A DNA stretch of 64,000 nucleotides from contig CM000150.2 of the NCBI GenBank assembly GCA_000004695.1, positions 2,112,001 through 2,176,000 of the forward strand, in the 5' to 3' direction. Shown here piece after piece: positions 13,102-25,155 of the stretch. The notes under the pieces are model-generated. The model had not been told where the DNA came from. It did no database searches and was given only the letters and a program-made list of their open reading frames with translations. Each line of letters opens with the position of its first letter. The stretch's first letter is position 1. The translations under genes and the position numbers were made by a program. The DNA is from Dictyostelium discoideum. Its lineage: Eukaryota.

Positions 13102-13439
13102 CAATTTGAAAATTGTGTGTTAACATTTATTTTATTTTTTATTTTTGTTAGTAAAATTATAAATAAAAATTAAAATATTTCAATTTTAAAAAAAAGATAG
13201 ACACACTACTTACTTTGTTGTATATTGAATAATTACACAATAATATCTACTATTAGTTGGAATTGATGTATCTGTATTTGTACATTCTGTATTTTCTAAA
13301 ATAATACTTTTTAATAAATATTCTGGTGAAAATGCATCTAAATAACTTGCACGTTGGTCTAATGTCCATGTATAATATGGTGATGGTACTCTAACTAATT
13401 CATGTCTATTTATTTGGATATTTATTTTATTTTATTTAA

Positions 13440-13506
<67 letters not shown>

Positions 13507-13744
13507 GAAGGATTAATAAAATAATTAATTGTTGTTTAGAAAATAAAAAAAAAAAAAAAAAAAAAAAAAATGAAAAAAAAAAAACCAATACATACTCCAA
13601 ACCAATTTCTTCACAAACTTTACCAATTCTTTTTTGATTATCTGTTATTATTGAAGGTGGGGTAATATTATTTAATCTTTCTTCAAGTGATTTTAATTTA
13701 TTTAAAATTGAATTTTGTTTTTCTTCTAATTGGTGATTTGACAT
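12707..13744 (-). CDS. YbaK/ProX-type aminoacyl-tRNA deacylase domain protein (PRORSD1-like). Three exons: join(12707..13058, 13214..13405, 13596..13744), minus strand.
   Basis: The spliced product reads MSNHQLEEKQNS...CEEIGL-E-HELVRVPSPYYTWTLDQRASYLDAFSPEYLLKSIILENTE...YYCVIIQYTT-K-IQSHK..HFTLAQSAESLTGFEYNAVCPIGTTVKIPIIISKHIMDLPRGVPVFLGGGEVDLKLVVD... The Cys-tRNA(Pro)/Ala-tRNA(Pro) deacylase core matches (..GYxxGxVSPxG.. and ..VYxGAGxxxxxLKLxxxDL..). Donors are GTATGT and GTAAGT, and phases are 2/2. Confidence 0.65.
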
Positions 13745-13825
13745 TTTTAAATATATATATATGGTAATATTACTATTTTCTTAAAAAAAAAATAAAAAAA
13801 AAATAAAATAAAAAAAATTAAAATT

Positions 13826-13867
<42 letters not shown>

Positions 13868-13922
13868 AAAAAAATGAAAAAACGAAGGTTTATGGATTTT
13901 TTTTTTTTTTTTTTTATTTTAA

Positions 13923-13953
<31 letters not shown>

Positions 13954-13973
13954 ACACAAACACAAAATAAAAA

Positions 13974-15342
<1,369 letters not shown>

Positions 15343-15557
15343 TCCAAAAAAAAAGAAAAAATCCAAAAAAAAAAGAAAAAATCCAAAAATAAAAGTGAAA
15401 ATCTAAAAAAATATCTTAGATTCTCTTTATCAAATTTACAATTGTTTTTTTTTTTTTTTTTTTTTTTTGAAATTTATTTTTAAAATTTTTATTTTTATTT
15501 TTTTTAATACACCCTTCTTGTTTCTCATAAATATAAGTGTTCATTACACCACCCCTT

Positions 15558-15594
<37 letters not shown>

Positions 15595-15908
15595 ATATAT
15601 TTTTTTATTTTCAATTTTAAACACTTTACAATTGTTTTTTTTTTTATTATTATTATTCATTTTTTTTTTTTTTTTTTTTTTTTATAACTCACAAACCAAT
15701 AATATTTTTTTTTTTTATATTTTTTTTTTTTTTTTTTTATAAAAATATAAAATATGAACATTTATTAAATTTTAATAGGTATACATATAATTAGTAAATA
15801 AATAATTTACAAATACCATCCACACAAACATACAGACACACACACAATACAAATACAATTACAAATATACACAATAAAAAAAAAAAAAAAAATAAAAATA
15901 ATAATAAA

Positions 15909-16143
15909 ATGAAAATTTTACAATCTTTTTTACTTGTGCTACCAATTTTATTTTCAATTTGTTTATTTGTTGCGTCATTAATTACAAATATCGATTTAAA
16001 AACCAAAATTCAAATTAAATCAGTATTTTTTAAATTTACAAAGATTATAAGTATTGGTTTTTATATTTTCCATATAATTTCATGTTTTTATTGGGTATTT
16101 AGTATTGGAGGTGTAAATATTGGAAATAGTTCTATTATTAATT

Positions 16144-16190
<47 letters not shown>

Positions 16191-16811
16191 TATAATTATA
16201 ATAATGAAATAATAAAATATAATGAAATTCAAAATAAATTAACAAGCAATGAATATAATGTTAATAATGAAAATGATGAATTTTTAAAAATGGCAACCAC
16301 ATCATCATCATCATCATCAAATTTACAATTAAAAATGGATTTATCAACATCAACATCATCAACAAAATTATTAATTAATGGTATTAATGATAATGCAAGT
16401 TATAGATACTATTTTAAATTATTAATTCAATCTGTTAAATTTTATCAATTCAATGATACAATTATAATTTTAATACCATTAATATTTGCAGCGATTTCAA
16501 TAATATTTGTATATTTAAAAAATTCATTGGTTAATAGAATTTTATTTATTAAAATCCAAGGATTTAGAAATGAAACACCTGCAGGTTATGATGTTTTAAT
16601 TAGAGTTTTATATATTTTCATGTTTGTTTTCATTTTAATAATTGGTCATTTTGGTAATTTGGTTTGTTTAAAAGTTAATGCTTTTGAAAAAATTGGAATT
16701 TGTAGTTATCATCATAATAATAATAATAGTTTTTGGTATTATCAAGGTTTTATAAATACACTTTATTTAGTATATGGTTATCCTTTATATGAATTGGTTA
16801 ATTTAATTTAA
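15909..16811 (+). CDS. Hypothetical multi-pass membrane protein, 300 aa, with a poly-Asn insert.
   Basis: The ORF has an ATG start. There are hydrophobic segments at the N-terminus (LLVLPILFSICLFVASL), in the middle (IILIPLIFAAISIIFVYL) and near the C-terminus (IFMFVFILIIGHFGNLVCL). No domain was recognised. Confidence 0.4.
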
Positions 16812-17177
16812 ATTTTAATTAATTATAATAAAAAAAAAAAAATGTATATATAAATAAATGTAAATAATCAATCTAATAATAAATAAATAAAAAATAATAG
16901 ATAATAAAAAAATAAAATAAATGTAAAATAAATGTAAAATAAATAAAAAAAAAAAAATTTAATTATTCTTTTTTTTTTTTTAAAATGCAATATATGGATT
17001 GTTTTTTTTTTTTTTTTTTAATTTATTGAGTAAAAAAATGAAAAAATTAATAATTAATTGAAAAACTTATCAAATTGTAAAAAAAAAAAGTTGGGATTAT
17101 GGTTTAAACCATAATCAGTTTTTAAAAAATAAAATTCTTGTTTTTTTAAGTTTTATTGTTTTTAAGTCAGTTATTTG

Positions 17178-17217
<40 letters not shown>

Positions 17218-17298
17218 AAAAAAATATGATCAAAACAATACCATTTTTGTTTTGGTGTAATATTTAAAACATTTGTGTTTCAGTGTAATATCTAAAAA

Positions 17299-17663
17299 AT
17301 GTCATTTTTATGCTCAGAAAATTCATATCAACAACAAAGTAAAATATCAATTGATATTGACAAATCTCTAAAAAATCATAAATTAAAATTAGAGGAAGAA
17401 ATAAGAGTATTAATTTATGGGCAAAAGAAAGTTGGTGTAACAACACTCTTTAAAACTTTTTTGTTAATGGGTGAAAGCCAAATAACACCTGAAGAATTAA
17501 TGGATAATAGAAATAATGTTTATAAAACTATAATTAACCAATTAAAAAAATTCATTATTATTTCAAATAATTCAAAAATTGAATTAGAAAATAATAATAA
17601 TATTGTAATTATTTATTTTATATTTTAAATTTTATTTTTCCCTACTTTCATAGTTACTAATAA

Positions 17664-17718
<55 letters not shown>

Positions 17719-18540
17719 ATGATAGCAAATGTCAAATTTAATATTGGAATTAGATAGTGAGAATTTTTTATGGAATAAAGAAATTGGAGAAACTTGTTTA
17801 AAACTATGGAATGATTCAGGTATTCAAAAAATATTTCAAAGTCAATTTAGTGAGTTTTTTGGTTATTTCTTTAAACATTTACAACGTATATCAGATGAAA
17901 ACTATACTCCAACACCTCAAGATTTAAATTTTATAAAACTTACTCAAAATGGTATAATTGAAGGTAAATTCACTTTTGAACGTTGTCTTATAAAAATGAT
18001 TGAAATGGGTATACAAACTTCAACTTTAAAGAAATGGATTAACTGTTTTAGTGAAGTCCAAGCCATAATATATGTCATTGATTTATCAGTGTAAGTAATT
18101 ATTTTTTTTTTTAAAAAAAAATAAACAATAATAATTAAAATAATAATAATAATTAAAATAGGTATGATATAGTTGAAAGTGAAGATTGTTCAAAATCAAT
18201 AAATAAATTAGAAAAATCTTTAAATGGGTTTAAAGAAATTATTGAATCAAAATATCTTCATGGTTGTGGAGTGATTGTATTTTTCAATAAAAAGGATATT
18301 TTTAGAGAAAAGTTAAAAACTGTACCATTTAAAACCTATGATAAAGATTACATTGGTGAAAATGATTTTGAATCCACAACAAATTTCATTAAAAATAAAT
18401 TACTTGATTATTATTCAAATCCAAATAAGAATGTCTATTTTTTGATTAATGAAGAATCTGAAGTTGATATTTGTAGGAGTACATTCAATATTTTAAAGGA
18501 TATTGTTCTCAACATAACATATAATTCTGTAAAAAATTAA
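17299..18540 (+). CDS. Divergent heterotrimeric G-protein alpha-subunit-like protein. Three exons: join(17299..17604, 17726..18090, 18162..18540), about 350 aa.
   Basis: It aligns along the whole G-alpha fold. N-terminus: MSFLCSE...SKxIDxxLKxxKLKLEEEIRVLIYG. The P-loop position reads YGQKKVGVTT instead of GAGESGKST. ..LWNDSGIQKIFQSQFSEF.. and ..ENYTPTPQDLNFIKLTQNGIIEGKFTFE.. correspond to switch I, with the catalytic Arg and Thr lost. EMGIQTSTLKKWINCFSEVQAIIYVIDLSVYDIVESED corresponds to DVGGQRSERKKWIHCF..AIIFVVALSDYD. FFNKKDIF keeps the NKxD box, and ICRST corresponds to TCATDT. Introns have GTAATT and GTAAGT donors, with phases 0/2. Confidence 0.7.
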
Positions 18541-18596
18541 AATAAAAAAATAAAACAAAATTTTAAAAAATAAATAATAGAATAATTTATTAAATT

Positions 18597-18633
<37 letters not shown>

Positions 18634-18760
18634 TGTTTTCTTTTTTTTTTTTTGTTTTTGTTTTTGTTTTTTTCTTTTTTTTTTTTTTTTTTTCTTTTTT
18701 CTTTTTTCTTTTTTTTTTTAATTTTTTTTTTTTTTTTTTTTTTTTCCAGGTTTTGAAAGT

Positions 18761-20559
<1,799 letters not shown>

Positions 20560-21060
20560 CTTCAAAACAAGATTTTAGTAATTCCAGTTTGTATTGTTAT
20601 ATATTTATATTAAATTTTTATCTTTACTTTAATAAATTTATATAAAAATTTTTTTATTTTTTTTATTTTTTTATTTATTTATTTTTTTTTTTATTTTTTA
20701 TTTTATTTTTATTATAAACTATACTAAAATATTGTCTATTTTTGTTGTTAAAAATGATATTTGTTAATAGGATACTATTTGAAGTACTAAATGAGAGAGT
20801 GTGTGTGTGTGTGTGTCTTTTTTTATGTTAAAATAAGTAAAAATAAAATAAAAAAAAACAAAAATAAAAAAAAGTGTGGTAAAAAAAAAAAATAAAAAAA
20901 AAAAAAAAAAAAACAATTCAACTGATTATAAAAGGTGTGTGATACTTTTTTTTTTTTTTTTTTCTCAAAATCTTGGAATTAAATGGTGTGTGTGGTGTGA
21001 TGTGGATTGTTGTGTGGATGTATAGCGAGAGATGATCAAAAAAAAAATAAAAATAAAAAT

Positions 21061-21096
<36 letters not shown>

Positions 21097-21727
21097 AATA
21101 AAAATAAAAACTTACAAAAAATAAAATAAATAAAAAAATAAAAAGGTAACTGATTTGATTTGATTTCTTTTTTTTTTGGTTAATCTTATTTTAATAATAT
21201 TATTATTGTTTTTTATTTTTATTGCCGTTGTGAAAAAAAAGACTTTGAAAAATTTTAAAAAAAAAAAAAAAAAAAAATTTTAAAAAATAAAAATAAAAAA
21301 TAAAAAAAAAAAAAATAAAACAAAAAAAAAGATTTTTATACACATTTTTTAAAATTTTAGATAATATCCTACTTCTTATCTTTTTAAACTCGATCGTATT
21401 TTTTTTTTTTTTTTTTTAAACAATATTTTTTATTATTTTCCTATTATTAATTTAGAATCATTTATTCTTAAAAAAGTAAAAACTATATTTTTTTTTCTTT
21501 TTTAACTATCCATCTTGAGGTATGCGGATATTGAAGTTCTAGGTAATCCAACCCTATTGTTTTTAACAACACTTGTGAAAAAAAAAAAAAAAATTATGAC
21601 CTTCATATAATTTAAGAGTGAGAAGTAGGGTTGTGGATTTGTTAGGGGCGTTTTTTTTATTTTTTTTTTACATACAACCTAATTTTTTATTTTTCACACA
21701 CATATTTTCAAATAAAATATGTAAAAA

Positions 21728-21786
21728 AAAAAAGTCCAAATCCCTTTCAAATAATTTAACTCTCTTTTAATCAACTTTTATTATCA
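21728..21786. repeat. Left arm of an inverted-repeat pair. The partner is at 24244..24298.
   Basis: aaaaagtccaaatccctttcaaataatttaactctcttttaatcaacttttatt is the reverse complement of gat..aataaaagttgattaaaagagagttaaattatttgaaaggggatttggacttttt at 24244..24298. There is one indel and about 55 of 57 identities, with weaker similarity extending about 15 bp further. Confidence 0.8.
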
Positions 21787-21977
21787 AAATAAAAATAAAA
21801 ATAAAAATAAAAATAAAAATAAAGAAATATATAATAGCGGTCAACCCCACCATCATCTTCAACAACAACTTCACCATCATCTTGTTAATTAATTACACAT
21901 ACACTCTATCACACACCCTTATCAACTTAATTTATTTAAATCAAAACCCAACGAACAAACAATCAAACCATTAACAC

Positions 21978-22021
<44 letters not shown>

Positions 22022-22255
22022 AAAAAAAGAAAATTAACCAAAAAAAAAACACTTTATTAAACTTTGTTTTGATGAGTTAAAAATTATTTAGTATTCTGTA
22101 CTATTTACATTTTGATCTATAATAATTACTTTTTTCCCCAATTTAATAATAAAATTAATGGTTATATATGGTTGCATAATATTGTGTGACTCACCTCTAC
22201 CTGTTTTTCCAAGTGTAATTCCTGTTTTTACATGTGTGGTTACAATATCCTTATG

Positions 22256-22666
22256 TTATTGATGATAATCAGAAAAACTTCCATGAGGACCACTACTGAA
22301 ACCACCTCCAATAGAATGCCATGTATGACCTGGGTCAATTACGGGATGATCATGAGATGGCAATTCTGAAACTGTTAAAAGATGATTTGTTAAACCAACT
22401 CCATTTCCTGCACCTATTGGACATTTACCACGAAAATCTGGTTTTGAAAATTCATGTTCACTTGAACCAAATGCATCTCCAATTTGTCGATATAATTCTG
22501 GATATGTTAATTTATTTAATGGAGCTCCATCACAAAGAGACCAACCAACTGGTATTTCAATACCTGTAAAAATATTAACTGATCCAGGTTGGATTGAATT
22601 TTCAATTTTTTTTTCTAAATTTGCAACTGCAAGTTTTTGTTTTGTTTCAATGGCTAATTTTGACAT
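22256..22666 (-). CDS. Phage tail-collar domain (microcystin-dependent protein MdpB-like) protein, 136 aa, intronless.
   Basis: MSKLAIETKQKLAVANLEKKIENSIQPGSVNIFTGIEIPVGWSLCDGAPLNKLTYPELYRQIGDAFGSSEHEFSKPDFRGKCPIGAGNGVGLTNHLLTVSELPSHDHPVIDPGHTWH... This matches the Phage_tail_collar consensus (..IxxFAGxxxPxGWLxCDGxxLxxxxYPxLFxxIGxxYGG...FxLPDLRGRxPxGxGxGxGL...xxMPxHxH). It is a bacterial/phage-type domain sitting inside the inverted-repeat-bounded segment. Confidence 0.7.
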   Translation of the reverse strand: MSKLAIETKQKLAVANLEKKIENSIQPGSVNIFTGIEIPVGWSLCDGAPLNKLTYPELYRQIGDAFGSSEHEFSKPDFRGKCPIGAGNGVGLTNHLLTVSELPSHDHPVIDPGHTWHSIGGGFSSGPHGSFSDYHQ

Positions 22667-22689
22667 TTTCTTTTTTAATCTTTTTTAAA

Positions 22690-22974
22690 TTACTTTGAAC
22701 TTTGTAATAGTTTATATAATAAGCCAGATTTCTTGATATAAATACAACAGTGACAATAAATGGTAAGATAAACATTAAGATATTTGATGCTTCTTCTTGC
22801 TTTGATATCAGCATTTGCTAAAGTTTCTGCACAATTTACCATTGCATTGGATACAGCAGTTGAAGATTTTTCAAGACCTTTAGAAACTTGTTTCAAACCA
22901 TCACCAATTTCAGCTCCACCTTATCAACTCCTAAACCAAGAGCACCCAAACTAAAACCGATGATTTCCATAAAA
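22690..22974 (-). pseudogene. Small ORF encoding a glycine-zipper/amphipathic peptide with an apparent +1 frameshift: MEIIGFSLGALGLGVDK | GGAEIGDGLKQVSKGLEKSSTAVSNAMVNCAETLANADIKARRS... It lies immediately upstream of the tail-collar ORF on the same strand.
   Basis: The ATG at 22974 opens a 25-codon frame that hits a stop. One nucleotide later the next frame (track ORF 22690..22896) continues a sensible peptide. No intron of plausible length separates the two frames. It ends 23 nt before the tail-collar ATG. Confidence 0.3.
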
Positions 22975-24243
22975 AAAATAGAAAAAACTCACAAAATAAA
23001 TATCTAATAATGATTGGGGAGTTTTTTTATAATTATAAATTTTTTTTTTTTTTTTTTTTAATTTCAAGAAAAATAAATAATTATTAGAATTTTTAAAAAT
23101 AAATAACTGGTAGGAAACAGATATTGATAAAATAGAAGAACTATTTATTTTAGAAGCTAATGTGGAAGTTTTGATCGTGTTCTATTAAAATTATTAGAAA
23201 TTATTAACTTAATATTTTAAAAAAAAAAAAATAAAAATAAAAATAATAAAATTAAATTGGTGCCAAAGAAAAAAAAAATAATTAAATAAAAAAAAAATTA
23301 AATTAATAAATAAAAAAATTTTAATTAATTAAATAAAAAAATTAAATAAAAAAATTAAATAAAAAAAAAAATTAATTAAATAAAAAAAAAAAAAAAAAAT
23401 AATAATAATAATAATAATACAAAATTGGTTAATTATTTACAAATATTAATATTGGTTTAATAATTTTAAAAATATATTTGTTTATGGTGTTTATGTTCTT
23501 TTGTTATGTTTAAAGTGATCAAAAAATTATAATTCAAACTTGTATACTATATTCATAACAAGCTGGAAGGATGATGTCTATATCAAGAGGATCAGAAGTC
23601 CATGGGAAGGGTTTGCCGAATTTACTTGATGAATGATTCATTTGAAATTTAAAACATTATGATTAATCGAGACATTTTTATTATATTGAGTTTGATTTTA
23701 TTGTGGAGTTTTCCCCTTTTTTTTTTTTTTTTTTTTTTTAACCCTTGCCCCTTTTTTTTTTGTAAACAAACTAAAATGGCTTTTTAAGAATTTATTTTTT
23801 ATTTTCCCACAAAAAAAATTCATAATGTGGAAATTAATAAAATAATGTTTTAAAAAAAGGGTAAAAATTAATAAGATGTAGGGGACTGTAAAATTAACAT
23901 TACACAATATCAAATTTTTTTTTTTCCCACAAAATCTATTTTTATACCAGTTCCATATACATTTGCTTTTTATTTTTTTTTTTTTTGATTATTTTGATTT
24001 TTTCACATAAAGTGTCATCAACAAATTAAAAATTTAATTTAAAAAAATAAAAAAATAAAAAAAATAAAAAAAAATTTTCAACTGAAAAACCATTTTTTTT
24101 TTTTTTTGAATAAAAAAATAATAAAAACTTATAGTGCTTATATGATCATATGACATTATTAAATAAATAAGTTTTTTATAATTTTATTTTTTTTTTAATT
24201 ATATAATTTTACTAGTAAAATTATTTAATTAATTTTTATTTGA

Positions 24244-24298
24244 TCAATAAAAGTTGATTAAAAGAGAGTTAAATTATTTGAAAGGGGATTTGGACTTT
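24244..24298. repeat. Right arm of the inverted-repeat pair (partner 21728..21786).
   Basis: See the left arm. The two arms bound a 2.5 kb segment that contains the tail-collar ORF. Confidence 0.8.
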
Positions 24299-24448
24299 TT
24301 TTTTTTTTTTTTTTTTTTATAAAAAAAAAATCTTTTATTTGAATACATATTTATATCACAAACAATTTGTTAAAAGTAATAAGAGAAAACTAAATAAAAT
24401 TATTTTCAAAGAAATAATTTTTTTTTTTTTTTTTTTTATTTGGTTGAT

Positions 24449-24500
<52 letters not shown>

Positions 24501-24701
24501 CAAAAATTTTTTCAACCAGATTTTAGAATTTTATACAAATTAAAAAAAATAAAAAAACTATTATCTGATTTGTTTAATTGAATTATTAAATATTTATCTA
24601 ATTTTAGTGAATCTGATAAGCTTGAGAAACTATTTAATTTCAAATATTATTTGAGTAATACTTTAAAAGTTTTTTTAGTTTGGTAAATTTTAATTTAAAA
24701 A

Positions 24702-24743
<42 letters not shown>

Positions 24744-25155
24744 TAATATTTTTTTTTTCAAAAGAATTAATTTGTTTTTTTATTTTAATTAAACCCTAAA
24801 TTATTTATCTGAAAAAAAATTTTCGCTTTCCCAAACAGTTTTATTTTTTTATTTGAAAAAAAAAGAAACAATTTTTTGAAAGCTTCCAACTCAATAGCGT
24901 CAAATCTGATCGGAGTTTCAGTTGAAAAATGGGTTTTTTTTTTTTTACAATTTTTTTTAATTTTTTTTCAATTTTTTTTTTTTTTTTCATAAACAAAATC
25001 TTTTTTATTTTACTTTTTTTTTTTTTTTTTTATTTATTGTATACTAAATTTTAGTTTTATATATATTTTTTTTTTTTTGTATATTTAATTTTTTATTTAT
25101 TTATTTTGTAATATTTTTATTTTTTTGTAAATTAATAACCACACATAAAAACAAA

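Noticed and set aside
23576-23641. 21-codon ORF (MMSISRGSEVHGKGLPNLLDE) inside the IR-bounded segment
   Set aside because: It is too short, has no homology signal, and no splice partners. It is mentioned only because it lies within the candidate cassette.
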